From Eledone cirrhosa (taxonomy: Eukaryota): DNA of 64,000 nt. Numbering within the stretch: position 1 is the stretch's first letter; each line of letters opens with the position of its first letter. The position numbers and the translations under genes were made by a program. The stretch covers positions 335,544,001-335,608,000 of the forward strand of contig OZ024742.1 of assembly GCA_964016885.1 (NCBI GenBank), given 5' to 3'. Of the stretch, positions 28,873 through 41,900 are shown in pieces. Below the pieces are notes generated by a model. That model had not been told where the DNA came from, searched no databases, and worked only from the letters and a program-made list of their open reading frames with translations.

Positions 28873-31800
28873 TAAAGTGGTGCGTTACAGTGTGGTATAG
28901 TAGAGTGTTTCATAGTGTGGCGTGATATTGTGTTTCGTAGTGTGGTGTGGTGTCATATAGTCTTGTATAGTGTAGTATGGTCTATTGTTTCATAGCCTTT
29001 TGTGATGTGAGGTTGTATAGTGTTTCATAGTGTGGTGTGGTGTTGTATAATGTGGCGTGGTATAGTATTTGGCAGTGTGGTGTTTTACTATATAGTGTGG
29101 TATAGTATAATGTTTATACTAGTGTGGTGTGGTGTAGTATGGTATGGTATAGCGTGAGGTGGTGTGGCATAGTTTAATTATAATAATACAAATAATAATA
29201 ACAATAATAGTAATAATTGTCTTTGTTCATCTTCTTTATCTTCTTCTGTGCCTTCCTCTTGTTCTGTACTTTTGTCTTCTTCTCTACTTGTGTCTTCTTC
29301 TCTTCTTCTCTACTTGTGTCTTCTTCTCTTCTTCTCTACTTTTGTCTTCTTCTGTGCCTTTGCCTTCTCTGCCATCTAAATACCAATAACAAAGAATGTA
29401 AAACATATATGTTGCCTATTTCTTGGATTTTACGAAGTTCTGAGGAGATAAAGTTAATTTAAAGAGCAATGTGCTCATGGTCTGTAATCCTATAAAGTAG
29501 CTTATAAGCTATTTCATAACTAAAAAAAAACAATGTCAAACATCAACAAAATATACACAAATATCTTTGAATGTTAAGTTCACTGTTAACATAAATAAAA
29601 ACAGTCATAATGTATTTATAGTTACAATGCTCGTCTTTTATCAGACAATGAAGTGTGACCATGCTGGAGTCTCGCATCTATGAGTTTTAATTGAAAGTGA
29701 CTAACTGACTGTTGAGGGACGGATGTGTGTTTTCATTGCTAAGCTAAGGTGACAATGACTAACATACTGCTGAAAGCCATACTGCTCAGCTAAGGTGACA
29801 CTGTCTAAAATACAGTTGGGGGCCAAAGGTAATTTTCATTGCTCAGAATCTATCAAATCACAACACAGTCTCGTAATGCTACATCATAACAAAACCTTAC
29901 AATGCAACCTCACAACACAACTTCCCAATGTAACCTCACAATGCAACCCCACAACACAGCCTCACAACATCCCATCACTTTCTAACTTCACAACACTCAA
30001 CAAGGCATTCGTTATCTAGGGCTTACACTAGAGGACACTTGCCTAAGACACTACCACATAGTGATGTAAAACACACCCAGTACACTCGGTAAAGTGGTTG
30101 ATGGTACCATGATAAAATACCCTATGTAAAGTGGTTGGTAATTTAATGGAAACTATATGGTGCAGAGAAAACTCTTCAGTTTGGCCAGATATTCGACAGC
30201 TCTTGTGCTGGTGCCATGATAAACTGCACCTAATACATTCTGTAAAGTGGTTGGCAATTAAATAAAGACAATATGATGTAGAGAGGACAAACTCTCTTGT
30301 GCACGTGTCACAATAAAATGCATCCTGTACATTTTTGTAAGTTGGTAGTACTGGTATCATGATAAATTGCACCTTGTACACTCTGTGAGGGTATTAGGAA
30401 GGGCATCCAGCTATTGAAACCATGATAAACATCGAACACATATGCAAGTTAAGCCCCCCCCAACCCATCTAGTCATGGGCCATGATAACTCATCTGACTG
30501 ATATTAGCATGGTAGGTGGACATGATATGATGACAATGATGATCAGACATTCCAGTGCTTTACTAAGTGTACTGGCAACATTTTAATGTGACACTAGCAC
30601 TAGGAATGTTGTCATGTCTATGACACAACTGAAGTGTCCTCCCTACTCTTTGTTTGGTATGGTTGGCAGGACTCTTTAGTTGTGTCAAGTACATGACAAC
30701 CTCCCTGGCAGTGGCAACACGATAAAATGTACCCAGTACACACTGTAAAGTGCTGAAATCTATGTAAGCAAGTTGAAGGTCCCCGGCTCATATGAGTAGT
30801 CAGTTAAGACTGAACTAAGATCTTATCTATAAATCATTAGGTTAAGATTGAACTGAAATCATACTTTCGTCGTCATCACCGTCTACATTGTCTTTGACTT
30901 CTTCGTTTCATTGTTTTCTTCATTTTTCTTTCCTTCTTTGTTTTTGTTGTCTTTGATTTTGTTGTGGTCTTTTTCTTCTCTTCCATCTAAATATAAAAAA
31001 AAATGTAAACAAAAATATACATAGCTGATCTCTCGGACTCTGGTATAGCATGGTGTCATGTGGTGAGTGGTCTGGTGAGGTACAGTATGGTTTGATGTAG
31101 TGTGGCATGATGTTGTAGTGGTGGGGGGAAGACATTAATATTAACAATAAACATGTAGCAACCACATGTGATGAGGAGGGGGGAGACAGTGTTCAACTAA
31201 TTTTAACATTACATGTAGCATCCATCTACAGGTCATTAAGTTAAGAGAGAGGTGTAATATCTATAGGTCACTAAGTTAAGTCAGAGGTGTAATCTTATCT
31301 ATAAGTCACTAATATAAGACAGGTGTAGCCACATCTATATGTCATTAGTTTAAAACTGCACTGAGAGCATATCTATATGTCATTAATTTAAGACTGAACT
31401 GAAATTATATCTATAGGTCATTAATGTAAAACTGAGTGTAATCATATCAAGAGGTCAATTTAAAACTACACTGTGATCATGCCTTAAAATGATGGTCAAT
31501 GAAGTGTTTACTTACTCAGATCCATTGAAATAACTTTCTTTCTCTTACTGTAATTGGACATACCTGCAAAATAGAAAACAGCAGTAGTAGAGTGGACAGT
31601 GGTATGGTGTAGTGTAGTGTAGGGTGGTGCAGTGTATTGTAGTGCGGTGTAGTGTACTGTAGTGTGAGGCAGTGTTATGTAGAGTGGTATAATATACTGT
31701 AGTGTAGTTTCATGTGGTACAGTTGGTGTGGTGTGGTTTTCTTCTGTGTGGTGTGGTATAATTGGTGTATGTAGTGTGGTACAGTTCATGTGACGTTATG

Positions 31801-31879
31801 TGATACAGTTCATGTGACGTTATGTGATACAGTTGGTATGGTGTTGTGTGTTACAAAAATTATTATTACTTTTTTTTTT

Positions 31880-34800
31880 CAAAATTCAATGATGTTCCAA
31901 AACAATATAAAAGAGATAATTGGCAATAAGGGTTCTGGAACAAAAGAGATAATTGGCAATAAGGGCAGGAGCCCAAGGTTATCACAGCCTGGGTCCGCTC
32001 ATCATCGTACCACTGTAATAGAGCCAAACAAGGCATTTAGTCTTGGCTGCTGGAACGTACGGACGCTGCTTGACAGGGATTACTTGGAACGTCCTGAACG
32101 AAGGACCGCTCTTGTTGCAAAGGAGCTTCAATGTTACGATCTTGACATCGTAGCTTTATCTGAGACGAGGTTAGCTGGAGATGGTCATCTTACAGAATTT
32201 TGTGGAGAATATACATTCTTCTGGAAAGGAAGAGATGAAGGAACCAGAAGAGAGGCTGGGGTAGCATTTGCTGTTAAGACTGTTCTTGTGAATAAATTAG
32301 AAGAATTCCCAGTAGGGATTAGTGAGCATCTTATGTCCATGAGAATTCCGCTGGACAGAGGAAGATATGCGACCCTGGTGAGTGTGTATGCTCCAACTAT
32401 GAATTCTGTCGATGAAGAAAAAGTGCCCTTTTACCATGCCTTGAAATGTGTTTTAAGAAATATCCCTCAGGCAGACAAAGTCATCGTGCTTGGTGACTTT
32501 AATGCTAGAGTGGGTAGGGATTTTAACATATGGAATGTAATCGGAAGGCATGGGGTGGGAAAGTGTAACAACAATGGTATGCTCCTGCTGCAGATGTGTG
32601 AGGAGCTGGATCTGTGTGTTACCAACACCATGTTCCAATGTTCCAACAAAAGAACAAATTTAAGACTACATGGATGCATCCTGCATCTAAAGAATGGCAT
32701 CTTTTGGACTACGTCCTAGTCAGGACGCGTGACAGACGGGATGTGCAGTGTGTTCGTGCTCTTCGTGGAGCTGAGTGCTGGACGGACCCCCGCCTGGTAC
32801 GCGCAAAATTGAAACAATCACTAAACGTAACATCCGGGCTACTGGTTTTGCCCTGCCCAGAATATTGAATGTTGCTTGTCTTAGGGATAAAAATGTAAAG
32901 AGGACATTGCGAGAAGAGCTGCAGGTTGCAGATCTTGGTGAGGATTGGCCGACCCTTAAAAAGTGGGTTTATGATGTAGGCAGGCGTGTTCTGGGATTGG
33001 TGCAGAGAAAACATCAAGGCTCGTTTAATGAGAATGATGAACATATAGAAGACTTGTTGGCTGATAAGAGGCGTTCTCTGTCATGCTACTTGACGGCAAA
33101 ACTACAGGAGAAGAATATGTTGCATAAGGAACTCAAGGATATGAAATCACGTGTTAGGCGGAGTCTTTCTCAGATGAAGGATCAGTGGTGGAGTGAGAAG
33201 GTTGATGAGATACAAACTGCGTCAGATTCCAATAACACAAAGCTGTTGTAGTCTCTTGCATGAAGTTTATGGACCGTCTTCTTCTCTGGTGACACTGCTT
33301 CACAGCAAGGATGGCAAAGAACTTCTTCGTGACTCACAAGGAATTCTACGAAGGTGGCGAGAGCACTTTCATAAGCTTTTGAATCAGCCGTCTGTCGTCA
33401 ATGAAGATTTCCTCAATCTCATTCCAGAAAGTCCTGTGAAAGTAGCTCTCGCAGAACCTCCGACGCTTGTGGAGGTTACAGTGGCTATCTCGAAGTTGAA
33501 CAGTGGAAGGTCTCCAGTTATGGATGGCACATGCTGAGCTCCTACAATATGGTGGTGAGAGACCCCTGCAACATCTTCACTCTTTGTTTGGAAGGATATG
33601 GGCTAGTGAATCCGTACCTGAGGACTGGAGAGATGCAGTAATGGTGGTCTTGTACAAGGCAAAGGGTAACAGGAACGATTGTGGGAACTACAGAGGTATA
33701 TCATTGCTTTCTGTTGTAGGGAAAGTTTTATGTAGGGTGCTTCTGGACGGTCTGCTGACACACATTGCAGATTGTGTTCTTCCTGAAAGTCAATCTGATT
33801 TTCGTGCTGGACGCGGCACTACTGATATGATCTTCTCAGCTAGACAGCTCCAGGAGAAGTGCATTGAACAAGGCTTGGATCTGTATCAGGCTTTTGTTGA
33901 TCTGACAAAAGCTTTCGATACTGTTAACAGAAATGCATTATGGAAGGTTCTCCAGAAACTTGGTTGCCCTGATAAGTTCCTTGCTTTAGTTAGGTCTTTC
34001 CATGACGACATGAAGGCTTGGGTTAATGTCGGAGGTAACGTGTCGGAGCCTATCTCAGTAAAAAATGGAGTGAAATAGGGGGATATTCCAGCAACGACCC
34101 TGTTTGCCATATACTTTGCAATGGTTTTCTATATTGCATTCACGAATTGTGAGCATGGTGTTTACATCCGATATCGAACCTCAGGCAGCATATTTAACAT
34201 CAGGCACTTTGCTGCAAAAACCAAAGTATTTACATCAATCATAAGAGACCTTGTATGCAGATGATTGCGATCTTATAGCACACAGAGAGTGATATGCAGC
34301 ACATTTTGAATGCATTTTCTGATGCTTGCACTGCCCTAGGATTGACTGTCAGTCTCAAGAAAACCGTCGTCATGTACCAACCTGCCCCTGGTAAGCAGTA
34401 CAGTGAACCAAATATCTATGTGTATGGTAAACAACTTGGAGTGGTTGATCAGTTTATCTACCTGAGAAGCACTGTCAATCGATACAGCAACCTTGATAAT
34501 GAAATCCCACTCAGGATTAGGAAAGCAAGTGATGCTTTCGGAAAGCTAGAAAGGCGACGTTGGGGTCGGCGAGACATATGCAAGAAGACAAAGGTAAAAG
34601 TGTACAAGGCATGTGTGCTCTCTTCTCTTCTTTATGCCTGCGAGACCTGGGTCACATATCGACACCACCTTAAGCAATTGGAGCGTTTCCATCAGATGTG
34701 TCTCAGACGGATCCATGGCATTCACTGGAGGGACCACATCAGTGGTGTCGAGATTTTGGAAAGCTCTCTGTGTGACTGTATAGAAGCTCTTGTGCTTAAG

Positions 34801-35493
34801 CAACGACTCCGTTAGGGTGGTCACCTTGCCAGAATGAAGGATTCTAGAATACCAAAACAACTCTTTTATGGAGAGTTGGTTAAAGGAAAACGACCGCCAC
34901 ATAAACCAAAAAAGAGGTATAAGGATTCCTTGAAAACCTCTTTGAAAGATGCTAACATCTCTGCTGATACATGGGAAAATGTTGCTGCTGATCGTAATAA
35001 ATGGAGAAAGACTGTATATGAGGGGAAAGTTGCCTTTGAGGCATCTCGAATCGCATACGAGAAAGTAAAGCGGGATGTGAGAAAGGGCATTGCTGTTGCA
35101 TTTCCAGATGGACTCGAAAGTCATCTTCACAGTCATAAAGTAAGACCCGTGGTTGACTACCAGGCTGCTGTTGGAGATGCTACTCATCATGCTTGCCAAG
35201 CATGTGGTAGAGAATGTAAATCAGCAGGAGGGCTCAAACGACATGCAAAAGTACACAAACTCCAACCACAGCCGACTATTCCCAGTGAATGTTTTGGTTG
35301 CCAACTCTGTGCAAGACATTTTAGATAATTGGCTGGGCTAAAAGGCCACATTCGATTGCAGCGCTGTTAATTGCTATCGTGTGTGTATGTGTGTTTAGTT
35401 ATGTTTATGTGTGTGTGTGTTTAGATATGTTTATGTGTGTGTGCGTGTGTATATATATATATGTATATTATTATTATTATTATTATTATTGTT

Positions 35494-35526
<33 letters not shown>

Positions 35527-35571
35527 GGGGTTTTGTCTCGTGCAATGGCCATACTCGATAACGAGGGGGCA

Positions 35572-35578
<7 letters not shown>
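31880..35578 (+). mobile_element. RTE-clade (BovB-like) LINE, near full length, decayed
   Basis: APE: GCWNVRTL…RPERRTALVAKEL…ALSETRL, LGDFNARVG, WHLLDYV. RT: NYRGISLLS, AFVDLTKAFDTV, broken YADD. C-terminal C2H2 finger CQACGRECKSAGGLKRHAKVH. Multiple stops and frameshifts; ends at (TA)n. Confidence 0.93.
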
Positions 35579-35608
<30 letters not shown>

Positions 35609-35735
35609 AAAGTTTTATTTAAATTGTTGGGATACAACAAGCAAATATTTTTATAACTGATATAAAGCACTCGACAAATATTTGGATTAGATATACGATA
35701 TTAATAAATGGAAACTATATTTATAAAACCATATT

Positions 35736-35800
35736 TATTTCATTATATATATTTCAAGGATACCAAGTTACATTATGGTATGCCTTCATCAGACAAAATA
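35736..35800 (-). ncRNA. Minimal type I hammerhead ribozyme motif
   Basis: Reverse complement of 37494-37558. Confidence 0.7.
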
Positions 35801-37493
35801 CAATATATAACAGTTTTATAAATAGACATTGACGTACCCCTTTAAAAAATTGACCGTTGTTTTTGGAGGCCATCAGGATAGTGATTTGTTTACTTTAGTA
35901 AGTCATAGTGTTAAGAGTAAGTAAAAATTTAAAAAAAAATTTGAAATTTTTTTTTAAATTTAAAAAAAAATTTTTTTTAATTTTTAAATTTTTTTTTAAT
36001 TTTTGAAATTTTTTTTTGAAATTTTTTAAAAAAATTTTATTTTAAAACTTTTTAATATTTTGATATCTGTAGAATCCTTGTTTTTTAAGTTATATTGATA
36101 TATTTTATTTTTTATTAGATTTATTTTTTATTAGATTCATTTTATTTATTTTTTATTAGATTCATTTTATTTTTATTTTTATTAGATTTGTTTTTATTAG
36201 ATTTGTTTTTATTCTGATAGCTTCTCATAATTTTTATTAGATTTATTTTTTATTCTGATAGCTTCTCATAATTTTCAAAAGTTTGTCCTTTCAATATCTT
36301 GATTAAAATATACGTAAGATTAATTTCTATACTAAATATATTAAACATATTATTTTAACTTAAAATATTCTATAATATTTGGGGATATTTTAGTATTTTG
36401 ATATTTGTAGAATTCGTTTGTTTTTTAAGTTATATTGATATAATTATATTTCCAAAATATAATCCTTTTGTATTTTATATACTCAATTGTACTATGTTAT
36501 ATGTTGATGTATACGTATATCTATATACGGCTAATGTATCTATATGTGTGTGTTGACATACATATACATGTGTTATATGCTTTTTTATGATTATATGTCT
36601 GTCTGTATATATGCATGAGTGACGCGTGTATACCAATTGAAGATGCACACACATATCTATTCATGTATAGCTAAGAATTATGGATGACAATGTACAGGCT
36701 TACACATGCAGTTTTTGATTGCAGATATGAATAACTTATAAGCCATAAATGAATGAAAGTTAATCCTATATATTTATATATATATACTAAAAACTTTTAA
36801 TTTTTAATTAATAACACAGGGAATGTATGGCAATAAATAAAAAAAATCACTTATGCTTTGTATGTATATATTATGTGCGGGAGTAGATATAGTGTGTATT
36901 TTCTGAGTGAGTGTGTATATATATATATTTATGTACCTTTGCCTATGTGTATGTAATATGCGATAGATAATCTCTCTAGCAATATATATATTTTATAATG
37001 TTTAAATTCCAATTTTTAATATATTGATCTCAATTTTAAACTAAATATCTAATCATAATTAAACAATGTGTAATTTCTCATATTATATATTTATGTTCCA
37101 TTCATGAATATTAATATTTCTAATTTTATTTATGCTTTTCATCCCAATTGTTAACTCAACTTAATATGACATAACTTACGGTTTTCGTTCTCCCCCCCCC
37201 CCCCTCTCTCTATCTCTATATATCTCTCTCTGGATTTTTTTCTCTGTCTGATGGTTTGATATCTCCCCGTTATTTTTCCTCTGTTCTCTTTTCTTTTTGC
37301 TTTCCTCTTTTTCTTTACCTATCTCTCCCTTTCTTTTCTCAACGTTTCTCTCTCTCTCTCTCCATCTGTTTACTTACTCTTAACACTATGACTTACTAAA
37401 GTAAACAAATCACTATCCTGATGGCCTCCAAAAACAACGGTCAATTTTTTAAAGGGGTACGTCAATGTCTATTTATAAAACTGTTATATATTG

Positions 37494-37558
37494 TATTTTG
37501 TCTGATGAAGGCATACCATAATGTAACTTGGTATCCTTGAAATATATATAATGAAATA
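37494..37558 (+). ncRNA. Minimal type I hammerhead ribozyme motif
   Basis: Stem I UAUUUUGU/AUGAAAUA (2 GU pairs); CUGAUGA at 37502; stem II AGG-c-AUACCA/UGGUAU-CCU; GAAA at 37539; palindromic UAUAUA; AUA triplet. Confidence 0.72.
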
Positions 37559-37584
37559 AATATAGTTTCCATTTATTAATATCG

Positions 37585-37621
<37 letters not shown>

Positions 37622-37852
37622 CAGTTGTAATGGATAATATCGCCGCTATTTGTAGCAGTTAGAGAGACTACGTAGAGGTTTTCTAATAGTTATATAATTG
37701 ATATTTTACTAAGTGATACTTTCTGATTTACAATAAATTAAATATAATTGGAACTGTGTCTGAAGGTATTAAATTATATCAGGGACTTTTAACGTATGAC
37801 ACCTATACGAAAGTTGAATCATTCCCGACGACACCGCGTACCTGCTGTCTTC

Positions 37853-38470
37853 ATTATAACTTTAATTAATCTAATTATATCTTGTGTAACAATTATATAT
37901 ATATATATACACACACAATTTTCTCTCCCCGACATCAGTCTTTCACTGTCATATCTATTCTTACTTTACAATTGTGTCTACTAAGAGTTCCATTACAATC
38001 TGTAGTAGTAAACCTACTATTTCACCAGAACATCTGCTATCAGTCATTTATAGACAATATATATATTTTAGACCACATATCAACCTAATATATATATATA
38101 TTCCCTATCAAATCTGTAGCTAAAGACATAAAGTCAGCCTCACTACTTCATTCTAACAAGATATCAATTTATGACTAAAGATAAAGAAGATACACTAACG
38201 TTAATGCCGTGAAATAAAGCTGATAACATCTTTGAAACTTCTAATTTGATAAAGAGATTATTTCTTTGGTTGCTTAGTAAAAACTAACAACACAACACAT
38301 TGATTATATCTGAAGGAGGTAAGTTAACAAAGATTTACTTAATGTCTATATTAATGTTTGTAAATAATATAATTATGTGAACCCTACAACGATCCAGTAA
38401 TTACATACAAGTGAAAATATATATAACATTAGAAAAATATATTTCTTCCTCCACTTTTATATATAGAAAA
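37853..38470. repeat. Dispersed ~610-bp AT-rich repeat, copy 1
   Basis: Highly similar to 51000-51606; family not recognised. Confidence 0.8.
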
Positions 38471-38771
38471 TTGTGATTGTGTTTTGCTCTAATCTACTAC
38501 AAACCCTTCATAGATTGACGGGAGATGTGCAGTGTATTACCAAGTGGTTACCGTCGCTGGCAACCGTCCTCATTGGTAACTAGTGGTATGATGGTTGGAT
38601 GGTAGTTTCTATACAATCGTTACTGGCTGTTTTTGGTGTTTAAATCCCAAAGTGTGATTTAATGAGTTTATATGAACTTAAAGCATGTATGAGAGGTATT
38701 TTAAGGCTTAAACTATGAAAACAACGGTTGTCTTTATGGTCTCTCTATCATGGTTGGTTCTGGAACGTATC

Positions 38772-38945
38772 ATGGCTTAGTGGTTAAAGCATTGGGCTTA
38801 CAATCAAAAGGTGGTGAGTTCGATTCTCGGACCGGGTGATGTGTTGTGTCCTTGAGCAGGACACTTTATTTCACGTTGCTCCAGTTTACTCGGCTGTGAT
38901 GTCACTGGTGCCAAGCTGTATCGGTCATAGCCTTTCTCTTGGACA
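38772..38945 (+). mobile_element. tRNA-derived SINE with CORE-like domain
   Basis: A box TGGCTTAGTGG, B box GAGTTCGATTC, then TGTGTCCTTGAGCAGGACACTTT. Related copies at ~45865-46025 (-) and 55441-55983. Confidence 0.8.
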
Positions 38946-38993
38946 CATATATATATATAGTGTATATATACTGTACACAGTATATATATGTAT

Positions 38994-41900
38994 ATCATCA
39001 TCACCGTTTTACGTCCATTCTTCCACGGTAGTATGGGTTAGACGAGTTGTCCTGTTTTGGGCAGTGCCAGGTCGGGTGACCTTATCTTGCTAAGTTGGGA
39101 ACTGATTTTGGCTTGATTTCTACAGCTGGATGCCCTTCCTAACACCAACCTCACAGTGAGTGCTGGGTGCTTTTTTGTCGTGACACCTCCACGACCACTT
39201 TACAGTGGGAGGGGGTGGGGGCATATTGTCTATATGCTTCACCTTCGGCTTGTACCCGGGGGAAGTCGGGTCTTCTGTATTACAGTGTGAAGCCAGAGGT
39301 CACGGTCCAGTGTCATCACTTTTGGGAGGTGCAATTGGGTAAGGTTGGCTTTTACCACCTCATCGCAGGTCTTCTTGGGTCTCCCCACTCCACGGCTTCC
39401 ATTTACTTCTAGTGCTCTGCACCTTTTTATGTAGCTTTCATCCATCATACACATGTCACATGTCCATACCAACACAACATCCTCTCCTGCACACAGCATT
39501 TGATTCCTGTTATGCTCAGTCTCTCTCCCAATTCGTTTATGCTTTGCTGTTTGCGTATATTACTATTACATATCCATCGGAGCATGCAAGCTTTGTTTCT
39601 TTCTAATCTACGCAAGTCTTCTACAGACAGCGCCCAGGTCTCACTACCATGTAACATTGCTGTTCGTATGCATGCATCATACTGTCTGCCTTTCATTTTG
39701 AGAGAAAAGCCTTTTGCAGCTAGCAGCGGCAGTAGCTCCCTGAACTTCTTCAATCCCATTGTTACCCTGGTTACTGTACTTTCAGAACACCCACCTCCAC
39801 TGCTCATTCGGCCACCTAGGTAGCAAAAACTGTCTATTGTTTCTACAGAGTTCTCCCAGAGTTTGGTGGTGCTTGTTTCTTTAGTTCTGCCATAGATTCA
39901 GCTATAAGGTAGAGCGGCTTACTTTTAGCTAGGTACTTTTCCTGTAACTGCCTCACAAGGAAGAGGGCATCAGTGGTGCTTTTTCCTGGCACAAGCCCAA
40001 ACTGCATCTCATCCAATTTTACCCAGTCCCTGGTCAACTGTGCTGTAACTCTTTCCATTACTTTCATGACCTGGTCCATCAGCTTTATACCTCTATAGTT
40101 TCTTCTATCTAGTGCATCTCCTTGTAGCAGTTGACAATGATGCTGCACCAATCCTTTCGTATGACACCCTCTAGTATTACCTGGTTAACAATACGTGTGG
40201 TTATGGTGTGACCTACCGACCCAGATGCTTTCAGCATCTTGGCAGCTATATCCGATGGACCGTTTGCCTTTCCAGTCTTCATATCTTTAATTGCCTTATT
40301 TACTATACTGCTCCTGACTTGTATTGCCTCCATGGACTCTATAGAAGCTGTAACGGTGTTTCCCAACATGTCCATTAAAGTCCCCTACAATAATTATGAA
40401 GTCATTGTTGCTTGTTAGGCCAGTAGTGTGCATTAAGGACTTGTAACACCTATTCTTAAGTTTGTCTGGCACCCCGATTGGGGTGAGTAAGCTGATATGA
40501 TTGTAGCAATTGTTTTATTCAGGACTAAGCTGAGTTTAATGATTCTTGCGTTCACCCTGTTCACTGAGATTACCTTATCTACCCATTTGTCAGCTAACAG
40601 TATACCTACACCGCCCATCCCATTGTCATTTCCCACCCAGAAAAATTTATAGCACTGATTTTTGCCTACAAACACTCTAGCAAACTCTCCTTTCCATCTA
40701 GTCTCTTGCACACATCATCATCATCATCACTGTTTTACGTCCGTTCTTCCACGCTAGCATGGGTTAGACGGGTTGTCCTGTTGTGGGCAGTGTCTGGTCG
40801 GCTGACCATGCCTTGCTCATACAGGAAATCATTTGGCTTGATTTCTACAGCTGGATGCTCTTCCTAACACCAACCTCATTTACAGTGAGTGCTGGGTGCT
40901 TTTTCGTGGCGCCTACATGTCCACTTTACAGTGTGGGCTGGGTGCTTTTTTTGCCGTGTCACCTCCACGACCACCTTGCAGTGGGAGGGGGTGGGGGCAT
41001 ATTGTCTATATGCTTCAGCTTGTACCCATGGGAAGTCGGGTACTCTGTATTACTGTGTGACGCCAGAGGTCACGGTCATGTGTCATCGCCTTTGAGAGGT
41101 GTAATTGGGTAAGGTCGGCTTTTATCACCTCATCCCAGGTCATCTTGGGTCTCCCCACTCCGCGGTTTCCATCGACTTTTAGTGCTCTGCACCTTTTTAT
41201 GCAGCTGTCATCCTTCACACGCATCACATGTCCATACCAACGCAACCGCCTCTCTTGCACACAGCATTTGATTCCTCTTATGCTCAGTCTCTCTCAATTC
41301 ATTTATGCTTTGTCGTTCGCGTATATTACTATTACACATCCATCGGAGCATGCAGGCTTCGTTTCTCTCTAATAAGTAAGTCTTCCACCTTCAGCGCCCA
41401 GGTCTCACTACCATGTAACATTGCTGTTCGGATACACGCATCATACAGTCTGCCTTTCATTTTGAGGGAGAAGCCTTTTGCAGCTAGCAGTGGTAGTAGT
41501 TCCCTGAACTTCTTCCATCCCATTCTTACCCTAGTTATTGTACTTTCTGAACACCCACCTCCGCTGCTAATTCGGTCACCTAGGTAGCAGAAGCTGTCTA
41601 CTGTCTCTACAAAGCCCTCTCAGAGATTGGTGGTACTTGTTTCCTGTGGCTGTTTGCTGCTTGCTGTCCCAGTACAGCTGCTGCATGTGAAGCCTACATT
41701 CTTAATTAAGCTTCCTGAGATCCCGCTGCATCTCTTGTGTACTCATTGTTTGCATTTGGGGCAGAGAATGGAGTTCCTACCTACACCTTTCCTACATACT
41801 GAGCAAGGACATTTCCCTGAGGGGATCTGGGTTCTGTTTTCTTGTCTACTTACAAGGACCTTAGTCTTTGTCATGTTGACTTTGAGACCCTTTCTTTCTA

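Larger units (their letters stand above)
35600..37590. mobile_element. Penelope-type element remnant with inverted pseudo-LTRs
   Basis: Arms ~35691-35925 and ~37369-37589 are near-perfect inverted repeats apart from one ~14-bp indel. Each arm carries a hammerhead. The unit is flanked by (TA)n on both sides. Confidence 0.7.

Noticed and set aside
25727-28900. Leu/Val-rich membrane-protein ORFs
   Set aside because: These are translations of the GTTAGT hexamer with no domain structure.
35925-37368. GIY-YIG coding remnant between the inverted pLTRs
   Set aside because: Hand translation gave no unambiguous motifs; an HMM search would be needed.
37755-37825. Possible hammerhead CTGAAGG…CGAAA
   Set aside because: The core is not CUGANGA and no convincing stem I or stem III could be built.
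38305-38400. Possible hammerhead CTGAAGGA… in the 610-bp repeat (also ~51450)
   Set aside because: No GAAA box at the expected position.
38772-38845. tRNA gene
   Set aside because: No complete cloverleaf or acceptor stem; it continues into a SINE body, and other copies are present.
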